Below are positions 19,909 through 28,727 of a stretch of DNA of 58,243 bases, piece after piece. Both the position numbers and the translations under genes were made by a program. Source of the DNA: Bacteroidales bacterium (GTDB taxonomy: Bacteria > Bacteroidota > Bacteroidia > Bacteroidales > UBA4417). The stretch covers positions 1 to 58,243 of the forward strand of contig JBBRYZ010000004.1 in assembly GCA_038237165.1 (NCBI GenBank), read 5' to 3'. The notes beneath the pieces were generated by a model. That model saw nothing but the letters and a program-made list of their open reading frames with translations. It was not told where the DNA came from and made no database searches. How positions within the stretch are numbered: position 1 is the first letter of the stretch; each line of letters begins with the position of its first letter.

Positions 19909-19911
19909 AAC

Positions 19912-20208
19912 CTAACTGTTTTTCCGATAAGTATATTCGCCATCCTTTTCGATATTATCGACAATAGCAATGATGGCTGAATCGGATGGCTTGCCTTCGG
20001 TAACTCCCGTCATCCGGGCGCTGCTGCCTGAAACATAGAAAACTATTTCGCCAATTCCGGCACCCACGCTATCCATTGAAACAACAAAGTCATTCTTCCC
20101 TTTCATGGTCACCGGATCGATTTTTTCGACAAGTAAAAATCTGATCCCTTCAATTTTCGGGGATTTATGACTTGAAACTACGGTTCCTACTACCCTTGCC
20201 AATATCAT
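19912..20208 (-). CDS. BMC vertex pentamer (BMC-P, EutN/CcmL family)
   Basis: MILARVVGTVVSSHK...DSVGAGIGE...SGSSAR...DSAIIAIVD. Confidence 0.93.
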   Translation of the reverse strand: MILARVVGTVVSSHKSPKIEGIRFLLVEKIDPVTMKGKNDFVVSMDSVGAGIGEIVFYVSGSSARMTGVTEGKPSDSAIIAIVDNIEKDGEYTYRKNS

Positions 20209-20289
20209 GATGATTCCGGTTAATGATTTATTCTTCCGGCTACAGTTTAAGCTGCGCCGTTGGATTAGACTGTTGTACTTACAGACAAA

Positions 20290-20592
20290 TTATTTCTTTG
20301 CATTTCCTCTGCCAAGTGGCAAAGCACTGTCAACATTAGCGTGTGGCCTTGGAATAATATGCGATGAGATTATTTCACCTACTTTTTGTGCAGCCTGAAC
20401 ACCGGCATCCACAGCGGCTTTAACCGAAGCAACATCACCACGTACGATGGCAGTTACATAACCTCCACCGATTCTTTCGAAGCCTATCAATTCGACTTTT
20501 GCAGCTTTAACCATTGCATCCGAAGCTTCAACCATTGCAGCAAAGCCTTTGGTTTCTATCATTCCCAGTGCATCTGAAGTATTGTCATTCAT
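20290..20592 (-). CDS. BMC-H shell hexamer (EutM/PduA family)
   Basis: [33 protein letters not shown]. Confidence 0.95.
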   Translation of the reverse strand: MNDNTSDALGMIETKGFAAMVEASDAMVKAAKVELIGFERIGGGYVTAIVRGDVASVKAAVDAGVQAAQKVGEIISSHIIPRPHANVDSALPLGRGNAKK

Positions 20593-20624
20593 AATTTTAT
20601 ATCTTTTAGATTTGTGATTACTGA

Positions 20625-21245
20625 TTAATATTCTTCCCTGCCAGTGATTTCGGCCAGGCGTTTTTCAACAATTTTCTTAGCTTCCAGAACTTCGGCTTCG
20701 TCGCCGGCGATATATACCCTTCCGAATTTCCCAAATCCTACTACCTCAATGATGTTGATATGAGCGGTTTTTTCGGCTTCGTTTGCAGCATAATATGCAT
20801 ATCCGGCAGGCTCAACTTCCAATACAAACAAGGTATCGCCTTTCAGGATCATATTGCCGTGGCGGGTTCTGTTGATTAACTGAGCATGATGATCCTCCAC
20901 GTTCTTTATCAGCTGGCTGGTAAGAATCCTGGGTTTGATGCGGTCGGTTTCCGATTTTTCGATAGTTCTTAGCACCGTTTCCCCGGCCACGCGTGTGTCG
21001 CCCTGGCTGTCGGAGTGAACTTCGAGCATACCATAAGCCCGTTCAACAATCTGCATACCGGGAGTTACATTGGTTGCCTTAAGGGCGATATCGGTAAGTG
21101 TATTGATTTCGATGCCCGGCGCAATTTCGATAATGCAGCAAGCCTGTCCGCTCACCGGCAGGTAACCTTTCGAAACGGTGGATAAATAAGAAGCCATCTG
21201 CAATTGCAGGGAATCAATAAAAATATAGGTTCTGAGGTCTATCAT
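20625..21245 (-). CDS. BMC-T permuted double-stacking trimer (CcmP-like, BMC-Tdp)
   Basis: [48 protein letters not shown]. Confidence 0.85.
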   Translation of the reverse strand: MIDLRTYIFIDSLQLQMASYLSTVSKGYLPVSGQACCIIEIAPGIEINTLTDIALKATNVTPGMQIVERAYGMLEVHSDSQGDTRVAGETVLRTIEKSETDRIKPRILTSQLIKNVEDHHAQLINRTRHGNMILKGDTLFVLEVEPAGYAYYAANEAEKTAHINIIEVVGFGKFGRVYIAGDEAEVLEAKKIVEKRLAEITGREEY

Positions 21246-21247
21246 GG

Positions 21248-21556
21248 TTATTTGCCTTTTTTAGGTTGTTTCACACTCAATGGAAGCGCGCTATCCACAT
21301 TCGGATGAGGTCTGGGTATGATGTGGGTAGATATAATTTCGCCCACTTTTTGTGCGGCCTGTACACCGGCATCTACAGCGGCTCTAACTGCTGCTACATC
21401 GCCACGGACAATAGCGGTAACATAACCACCGCCAATCTTTTCGAAGCCGATAAGTTCGACCTTAGCAGCTTTTACCATGGCGTCAGAAGCCTCGACCATG
21501 GCTACGAATCCTTTGGTTTCAATCATCCCAAGGGCGCTCATTTCATCATTTGCCAT
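21248..21556 (-). CDS. BMC-H shell hexamer (EutM/PduA family)
   Basis: [33 protein letters not shown]; near-duplicate of 20290-20592. Confidence 0.95.
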   Translation of the reverse strand: MANDEMSALGMIETKGFVAMVEASDAMVKAAKVELIGFEKIGGGYVTAIVRGDVAAVRAAVDAGVQAAQKVGEIISTHIIPRPHPNVDSALPLSVKQPKKGK

Positions 21557-21689
21557 AATTTGTTTTATTAATAGTTTTCAGATCGTACGGTTGCTCCCCA
21601 TAATATCGATCATTCTATTTGTATAACTGATGTACCAGAGGAACTCTAAATTTCTACATTTAATAAATCGCAACCTGAAATATGTAAGT

Positions 21690-21725
21690 TGCAACCATTT
21701 GCATATAATTCTTGCTGCAAATATA
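21690..21725 (-). promoter_or_regulatory. BMC operon promoter (-7 element) with a downstream LacI-like operator
   Basis: TATATTTG on the minus strand at 21718-21725; dyad TGCAACCATTTGCA at 21690-21703. Confidence 0.55.
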
Positions 21726-22378
21726 TCTCTTTTTTAATCGCTGCAACTTTTTTTATGTCACCAATGGCCTGTGCCGTCCAGGTGGTTTAGTATTCAAAAT
21801 CAAGATGATTGCAAAGCTGGAAAGCCAAATCCGAATGGAACCAATGCGGATTTTAGTCCGAAATTAAAAAAAATATTTAAAATGCTGATTGTTTTGATTT
21901 TAATTTTACTTTTGCACGCTTTTTGAATCAACTGCCTGTAAATTTGGAAACTGTTAATCAGAGCATTTGATATTTACAAAAAATGCCGGATCAGGCTAAA
22001 AAAAATGCTATTAAGTACTTTTTTGCTAAATATTAATCTGTCATAAAAATTTTAACCGGTTGTTTTAGTGCTTGTTATATGACTTGCTTTAAAATAATTT
22101 CGTTGTTGTTAGATTTTTTTTCGGATAAACGTCAAAATTGTATTAACTTTACTTAACACATTGGCAATCGACAATTATCTGACACACTGTCAGTAGATTT
22201 TTACCATGATCAAAATTCTTTTGCATCAGGGATAACGGGAAGCCAACAAACAAAGATCTAGGTGAGACAATTTTAATTTAAAAGTGCAGTCTATTTCCCG
22301 TTAATTAATTTAATCAGGATCAACACCGTCATAACATGCATCTTAAATTGATGCTTATACATGAATAATGCTCGTGGA

Positions 22379-24586
22379 ATGAAAAAGAATGATGAATTCA
22401 AAGATTATCCTTTGCAAACCGTACTTAAAAAGATATTCGGCTTTGAAAATTTTAAAGGAAATCAGGAACCAATAATACGTAATTTACTTGCCGGCAACGA
22501 TACTTTTGTAATCATGCCTACCGGCGGTGGCAAATCGATGTGCTACCAGTTGCCGGCCATGATTCTGCCTGGTACTGCGATAGTTATATCTCCTCTTATC
22601 TCGCTGATGAAAAACCAGGTGGATGCCATGCGTCAATTTGGCGCTGATATAGGCATTGCTCATGTACTGAACTCATCTCTTTCGAAAAACGAGATTACTC
22701 AGGTAAAGGCAGATTTAACGAACGGAGTAACAAAATTGCTGTATGTCGCACCTGAGTCACTTACAAAGGAGGAAAACATAGCTTTTTTCAGAGACATAAA
22801 GATTTCGTTTTATGCCATTGATGAGGCGCACTGTATTTCGGAATGGGGACATGATTTCAGACCTGAATACCGGAGACTGCGTCCGATAATTGATGCCATA
22901 GGACAAGATGTGCCTGTGCTTGCATTAACAGCAACTGCAACGCCAAAAGTTCAGCAGGATATTTTAAAGAGCCTCGGCATGCAGGAAGCCGCACTTTACA
23001 AATCATCGTTCAACCGCTCAAACCTTTATTATGAAGTGCGACAGAAAAATGATGATGTAAATAAAGAAGTGATTCGTTTCATTAAGATGCATATGGGCAA
23101 ATCAGGTATTATTTATTGCCTGAGCCGCCGACAAGTGGAAGAGCTTTCGGAAACCCTGGTTGTAAACGGAATTAAAGCTTTGCCCTACCATGCAGGTCTC
23201 GATTCGGCGGTACGTGTCGAAAACCAGGATAAATTCCTGATGGAAGAATCGGATGTGATAGTTGCTACTATTGCTTTCGGGATGGGAATTGATAAGCCGG
23301 ACGTGCGTTTCGTGATACATTACGACATGCCTAAGAGCCTCGAAGGCTACTACCAGGAAACAGGCCGCTCGGGCCGTGATGACGGAGAAGGAATCTGCCT
23401 GGCATTTTACGCTTACGAGGATATAGAGAAACTTGAAAAATTCAGCAAGAATAAAGGCGTTGCCGAACAGGAAATTGCCAATCAACTGCTGATGGAAGTG
23501 GTATCTTTTGCCGAATCAGCCATGTGCCGCCGCAAGCAACTGCTGCACTATTTTGGCGAAGTTTATTCTGAGGATAATTGCGGAAACTGCGATAACTGTC
23601 TGCACCCAAAAACTCTGATCGACGGACGTGAATACGTTGATCTCGCCCTGGAAGCCGTGCTGGCTACTAAACAACTCTGCAAAGCCAAGCATATCGTAAA
23701 TATTATGATAGGCAAGGTTTCGTCGAACATCAAATCTTACAAACATAATGAGCTCGATATTTTCGGCAAGGGAATGGAAGAAAGCGAGCATTTCTGGGAT
23801 GGAGTGCTGAGGCAGATGCTGATCGAAAGGCTTGTTGTAAAAGACATTGAGAATTACGGTATTCTCAAGATCACTCCCGAAGGGCAGAAGTTTCTGAAAA
23901 AGCCTTATGCTGTAATGGTGGCTAAAGATACCGATCCCGAGGAAGGAGAGGACGACGAAATGATGGCCGGAGGCGGAGCACGCACCAGCACAACCGATAA
24001 AACACTTTTTTCACTTTTAAAAGATCTCCGCAAGGAAATTGCACGCAAAGAAAGTCTGCCACCATTTGTTATTTTCCAGGATCCATCGCTCGAAGATATG
24101 GCGATACAGTATCCTATCACAATGGACGAATTACAGCGCATCACAGGCGTAGGAGCGGGAAAAGCGCAAAAATACGGAAAGCCATTTCTGGAACTTATTG
24201 CTTCGTATGTCGAAGAGAATGAGATTATCCGCCCGATGGATATGGTGGTGAAATCGGTGGTTAACAAGTCGGGGCTTAAAGTATATATCATTACTAATAT
24301 AGACCGCAAAATTTCGCTCGAAGACATTGCCACTGCAAAAAACCTTACTTCCGACGAACTGTTGACCGAGGTTGAAAGCATTGTAGATTCGGGCACAAAA
24401 ATTGACCTTTCCTATTACCTGAAGGAAACCATCGATCCATACCATATGGAGGAGATCATTGAGTATTTTATGGAGGCTGAAACTGATTCTGTTGAGCAGG
24501 CGTTGAGAGATCTGGGCGAAAATGAGTTTACAGAGGAGGAAATCAGACTGGTGCGCATTAAATACATTTCGGAAGTTGGCAATTAA
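22379..24586 (+). CDS. recQ: ATP-dependent DNA helicase RecQ (Bacteroidota type, with RQC and HRDC domains)
   Basis: MPTGGGKS, DEAHCISEWGHDFRP, YYQETGRSGRD, CRR...CGNCDNC; alternative start at 22361. Confidence 0.95.
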   Translation: MKKNDEFKDYPLQTVLKKIFGFENFKGNQEPIIRNLLAGNDTFVIMPTGGGKSMCYQLPAMILPGTAIVISPLISLMKNQVDAMRQFGADIGIAHVLNSSLSKNEITQVKADLTNGVTKLLYVAPESLTKEENIAFFRDIKISFYAIDEAHCISEWGHDFRPEYRRLRPIIDAIGQDVPVLALTATATPKVQQDILKSLGMQEAALYKSSFNRSNLYYEVRQKNDDVNKEVIRFIKMHMGKSGIIYCLSRRQVEELSETLVVNGIKALPYHAGLDSAVRVENQDKFLMEESDVIVATIAFGMGIDKPDVRFVIHYDMPKSLEGYYQETGRSGRDDGEGICLAFYAYEDIEKLEKFSKNKGVAEQEIANQLLMEVVSFAESAMCRRKQLLHYFGEVYSEDNCGNCDNCLHPKTLIDGREYVDLALEAVLATKQLCKAKHIVNIMIGKVSSNIKSYKHNELDIFGKGMEESEHFWDGVLRQMLIERLVVKDIENYGILKITPEGQKFLKKPYAVMVAKDTDPEEGEDDEMMAGGGARTSTTDKTLFSLLKDLRKEIARKESLPPFVIFQDPSLEDMAIQYPITMDELQRITGVGAGKAQKYGKPFLELIASYVEENEIIRPMDMVVKSVVNKSGLKVYIITNIDRKISLEDIATAKNLTSDELLTEVESIVDSGTKIDLSYYLKETIDPYHMEEIIEYFMEAETDSVEQALRDLGENEFTEEEIRLVRIKYISEVGN

Positions 24587-24680
24587 TTCACTGACTAATA
24601 CGTGTTTTTTTTAACTTCGCAACCTGGTTCATATTTTATGGATCAGGTTGTTCTTATAATAATCCCGATACTTCAAAAAA

Positions 24681-25397
24681 ATGACAGAAGAAATCAACAA
24701 CGAAAAAACTCCTGCCACTGAGCAGAATGTAAGTTCTTACGAAAAAACCGCCGCTGAAAATGACATGGCTGTTCCGGCAACAAACAAGATAAACCCGGTA
24801 ATGCTTGGATTAAACCTGGCAGCACTTGTTGGTGTGATCATACTGTTTATCCTCTATTTTACTGGATCAGGGAATAAAAGTACTTCAATATCGGGAGCCG
24901 TTGGCAAAGCCGGTAAAGGAGCTCTTTCAGTAGCGTTTGTGAACAACGACAGCATTTTAAGCCATTACGAACTTGTTAAAAAAATGCGTGCTGACCTGCA
25001 AGCCAAAGGCAAACGGCTCGAAGGAGAAGTAGCTTCGCAACAGCAGGCTTTTGAAAAAGATGCCGCTTATTTTCAGGATCAGGTGAAGAAGAAAGCCATA
25101 ACCGACCAGAGTGCACAGGAAATTTATGGTCAGCTGCAACAAAATCAGCAAAAAATTTATGCTCTGCGCGACAAGTATGCAGCCGAACTTCAACAAAGTG
25201 AAATGGATATGAACGTGGCCCTGATCGACTCGGTTATGAATTTCCTCAAGCGTTACAACGATAAGTACAAATTCGATTATATTCTTGGATTTACCAAAGG
25301 CGGAAATATCCTATTTGCAAACGATACGCTGGATGTAACCAATGATGTGATAAAAGAGCTGAATGCCGCTTATCTTTCGAAGCATGGCGACAAATAA
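24681..25397 (+). CDS. OmpH/Skp family chaperone with N-terminal membrane anchor
   Basis: VAFVNNDSIL, coiled-coil body, FDYIL..ILFAN..DVTNDVIKELN. Confidence 0.85.
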   Translation: MTEEINNEKTPATEQNVSSYEKTAAENDMAVPATNKINPVMLGLNLAALVGVIILFILYFTGSGNKSTSISGAVGKAGKGALSVAFVNNDSILSHYELVKKMRADLQAKGKRLEGEVASQQQAFEKDAAYFQDQVKKKAITDQSAQEIYGQLQQNQQKIYALRDKYAAELQQSEMDMNVALIDSVMNFLKRYNDKYKFDYILGFTKGGNILFANDTLDVTNDVIKELNAAYLSKHGDK

Positions 25398-25468
25398 AAA
25401 AACCTGTTTCGGTTTACAAATTTAAGTGCTATTTCACCATCAGTCATTAATTACTGAGTAATTTTACC

Positions 25469-25999
25469 ATGAAAAACTGGGTTTTTATTGTTTGTATCGC
25501 GTTGCTTTCGGCATCGTGCAACAGCGTTTTAAGCTCCCAACCCATGGGCACTCTGAGTGCAAAGAAAATGACAGATGTATTGGTTGACATACAGCTAACA
25601 GAGGCGACCCTGAAAATTGCGAATGATTCGATATTACGTATTTCCGATACTACTGAACTGCGCAACCGTTATGCCGAAGTTTTCAAAAAAAATGATGTGG
25701 ATCCGGATAATTTCAATACCAGCCTCAACTATTACCTGGTGCATATCGAAGAGCTGGATCAAATATATGTGGAAGTGATTAATCGTCTTACAGCGCTGGA
25801 AGCTTCTTTAGTTCCGAAAATCAACCCTGATGCCAACAGGAGGTACATGGGTATTACCGATCCTAATAATACATGGCAACGGGCAATGAATAAAGCCAAT
25901 CAGCCACTTGAATTTCAGTACTTCGACGGTTCTAAATATTCATTTACGTCGGATGAAAGACCCGCATATCACGGGCCAGGAAAAATAATTGAACGATAA
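25469..25999 (+). CDS. Lipoprotein, DUF4296-like
   Basis: Lipobox LSASC; KKMTDVLVDIQLTEA...VFKK...FNTSLNYY...IYVEVINRL. Confidence 0.75.
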   Translation: MKNWVFIVCIALLSASCNSVLSSQPMGTLSAKKMTDVLVDIQLTEATLKIANDSILRISDTTELRNRYAEVFKKNDVDPDNFNTSLNYYLVHIEELDQIYVEVINRLTALEASLVPKINPDANRRYMGITDPNNTWQRAMNKANQPLEFQYFDGSKYSFTSDERPAYHGPGKIIER

Positions 26000-26004
26000 T
26001 AATT

Positions 26005-26037
26005 AAAACGCCCGGAAAAATATTCCGGGCGTTTTTT
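26005..26037. terminator. Bidirectional intrinsic terminator
   Basis: AAAACGCCCGGAA and TTCCGGGCGTTTT between convergent genes. Confidence 0.88.
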
Positions 26038-26153
26038 ATTCGGTCAAAAGTATGCGTGAAACAATCAGGATTAATTCTTATTTATAAGTTCAAATCATAA
26101 ATAGCTATATTCCAAAAATGATTCGGTTATATTGGAATTAAAAATTTGCCGGT

Positions 26154-26582
26154 TTATTGTTTGTTGGCGGTAGCGTCGTGTGAATCAAAATTAGCGCCGG
26201 CAGTAATTGAAAAAGTCCAGTTCATGATGGTTTCGTCTGAATTAGCAAATTTACCATTCCCATCTACTTTCCAGTTATTACTCATTGTCTGGGATGAGAC
26301 AACTAACTGGGATGAAGTAACTATACCTTTTGCACTAATGCTATTTGAGCCTGAATTTCCAAAATTCCCGAGTATCACCTGGCTGGAGTTGTTCGGATCT
26401 TTGGTAATAGTTACAATATAACTCTGATTTTCAGTACTTTTAGTGGTTTCATAAAACTGCCATTGTCCAATATACGGATCACGAGGGTCGCCATTGGTTG
26501 TATTGTCAACAGGTTCGCAGGCCGATATCAATAAAATGGTTAATGCTGCTAAAAAGACGGAGAAATTAATTACAGTTTTCAT
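26154..26582 (-). CDS. Hypothetical lipoprotein
   Basis: Lipobox LISAC followed by acidic residues; DPRDPYIGQW; beta-rich; start set to the ATG at 26582. Confidence 0.75.
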   Translation of the reverse strand: MKTVINFSVFLAALTILLISACEPVDNTTNGDPRDPYIGQWQFYETTKSTENQSYIVTITKDPNNSSQVILGNFGNSGSNSISAKGIVTSSQLVVSSQTMSNNWKVDGNGKFANSDETIMNWTFSITAGANFDSHDATANKQ

Positions 26583-26669
26583 AGGTATAAGTTTTTGACT
26601 GTGCCGCAAAATTAAGATTTACTTTTATGTAATTGCTATAAAAGATATCACATTTGTCTGGCTAATAAA

Positions 26670-26785
26670 TATAGCGTCCCAAAAGGGACTTTGTTCAATT
26701 TTGTATTATTTTTCTATCAATATTTTGCCCCTACAGGGCAGTCCCGATAGATTATTTGCACCAGCAAATAGCTATTGGTAGAAAT
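26670..26785. repeat. Degenerate REP-like hairpin cluster
   Basis: gtcccaaaagggac and gcccctacagggc hairpins; flanking tttctatcaata ... tattggtagaaa inverted repeat. Confidence 0.5.
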
Positions 26786-26942
26786 AAAAGCAACATTTTT
26801 CAGCTGTGTTTCCTTCAAAAATATTCAGGAGCAATAATTGTACCGTTGATATGTGTATGCATTTAAATTTTCAACTTGCTATTCCCAAAATTCTATCATG
26901 GTAACTATTCAGCTTGGTCAATGCAATGATGGATAAATACAA

Positions 26943-27053
26943 GCCACAGATTACGCTGATTACACAGATAATAATAAATGCCTTAGGGCTGTTTTTGTTA
27001 TGAAAGTTGCTGAAAAAAGTTCTAGATCTGTGCAAATCCGTGAAATCTGTGGC
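26943..27053. repeat. MITE-like element bounded by inverted CACAGATT arrays
   Basis: GCCACAGATT...AATCTGTGGC perfect 10-bp ends, each with three 9-10-mer subunits. Confidence 0.7.
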
Positions 27054-27107
27054 AAAATTTATTATTCAAGTGCTGATTAGTTACCCACCATGAAATAATA
27101 CTTAGGT

Positions 27108-28553
27108 TTAAGCATGGCTGCAATCGCATATTTTTTCGGTGTTCTGAATAAAGAAACGCTTTGCATCTTTTGGGAATTCGTGACTGCATGGACCGGAAAT
27201 GCAACCACCTTCGCAGGCCATAACTTCGATCAACTGGCTTTCTGCTGATTTAGCTTTTGCATAGGACGAAAGCAATCTCATCTGTTTCCTATCCAATCCA
27301 TTAAACACTTTTGAGGAAATGGTTATGCCAGCAACTGACTCCACTGCTGCCGCAACACCTCCCGAGAGGCAATAATTCCGCGAATGTTGATCCACACTTT
27401 CGTTAAGCGGCCGGTTTTCACATTCTACAACTGAAATTCCCCAAGCGTTGAAAAGGCAAGCCAGTTCTTCGAAAGTCATTACCCAGTCAATATCAGGATT
27501 ATTGCGACCCTCGTTTCTTTTAGCAATACAGGGACCAATAAAAACCACCGGTCCGGAAGGAAATTGTGCCTTGCACATCTTTGCAGAAATAGCCATAGGC
27601 GAAGGCGTATCTGATACATACGGCAGAATTTCAGGTATATGTTTTTGTGCCGCCATCACCCACGAAGGGCAGCAGGAAGTTGTCATAAACGCCTGCCCCG
27701 AATCCAGTTTATGAATAAGCTCTTCCGATTCGAGCCGGGTTGTGATTGAGGCACCTTCGGCAACTTCGGCCACATGAGTAAATCCAAGTTTGTATAAAGC
27801 GTCCAATACGGCTCCCGGTTCAGCCCTGAATTGTCCGAATATGGAAGGTGCAACTATTGCCGTTATTGGCTTCCTTTGTTTTAGCCTGGCCATGATTTCG
27901 AACAATTCTGTTGTTTCAAAAATCGATCCGAAAGGACAAGCATTCACACATTTTCCGCAAAGGATACATTTTTCCGCGTTAATCTTTTCAATTCCATTTT
28001 CATCCTTCGAAATAGCACCTACCGGGCATGATTCCTCACAGGGAACCGGCATGTAAATTATGGAATGGTACGGACACAAATCCTTGCAGATACCGCAATT
28101 CACACAAGTTGAAGGATCAATTATTGCCTTGCCTTCGCTGGTGCGTGAAATCGCTTTTTTAGGACAATTGTTCATACAGGACTGTGCAACACAGCCTTTG
28201 CATAAGTTGGTTATCACATAATTTGCTTTTACGCACGAGGTGCAAGCTTCGTCAACCACGGTGAGGAAACCAGCAGGCCGGTCTTTCCTGTTTATCGTCT
28301 TCTCAGCATAAAATGCAAGCGAGTCGAGTTCATCAATTTCATCTTCCCGTCCAAAACCAAGGATAGCCATTATTTTATACTTTACAACAGCTCTCATTTT
28401 ATAAACACAGCAACGTTCGTGTCCGCTCAACCGCCTGCTTATCTCCAAAGGAATGCGATCAATTTGCTCAAAAAGCTGATCATCTTTATATAATTCGGCC
28501 ATGCGGGTTATTAAATCGCGGCGGATTATCATCACATTATTTACAAATGCCAT
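27108..28553 (-). CDS. Monomeric [FeFe] hydrogenase, group B-like, with ferredoxin-type 4Fe-4S domains
   Basis: H-cluster motifs TTSCCPSW, GPCIAKRNE, EVMACEGGCISGP; CVNCGICKDLCP and CILCGKCVNACP. Confidence 0.9.
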   Translation of the reverse strand: MAFVNNVMIIRRDLITRMAELYKDDQLFEQIDRIPLEISRRLSGHERCCVYKMRAVVKYKIMAILGFGREDEIDELDSLAFYAEKTINRKDRPAGFLTVVDEACTSCVKANYVITNLCKGCVAQSCMNNCPKKAISRTSEGKAIIDPSTCVNCGICKDLCPYHSIIYMPVPCEESCPVGAISKDENGIEKINAEKCILCGKCVNACPFGSIFETTELFEIMARLKQRKPITAIVAPSIFGQFRAEPGAVLDALYKLGFTHVAEVAEGASITTRLESEELIHKLDSGQAFMTTSCCPSWVMAAQKHIPEILPYVSDTPSPMAISAKMCKAQFPSGPVVFIGPCIAKRNEGRNNPDIDWVMTFEELACLFNAWGISVVECENRPLNESVDQHSRNYCLSGGVAAAVESVAGITISSKVFNGLDRKQMRLLSSYAKAKSAESQLIEVMACEGGCISGPCSHEFPKDAKRFFIQNTEKICDCSHA

Positions 28554-28650
28554 AAAACAGTTTTATTTTGCAAAATGAGAAGTAGATGAAAACCAGATTT
28601 TAGTGTTTGGTTATTGACAGCGAACTCAAATTTCTAAAATCAGATCATAA

Positions 28651-28696
28651 CCTGTCCCATCCGTAACCGATATTACAGTTTGGGGAAAGGGACAGG
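28651..28696 (-). other. Intergenic stem-loop between adhE and the hydrogenase gene
   Basis: CCTGTCCC ... GGGACAGG 8-bp GC-rich arms about 30 bp after the adhE stop; no clear U tract. Confidence 0.5.
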
Positions 28697-28727
28697 AATG
28701 AGATTAAAAAGTATTTAAAGGAGAGTT

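Noticed and set aside
21760-22360. Long divergent intergenic region as an ncRNA or riboswitch
   Set aside because: No recognisable structure or motif by eye; an Rfam scan would be needed
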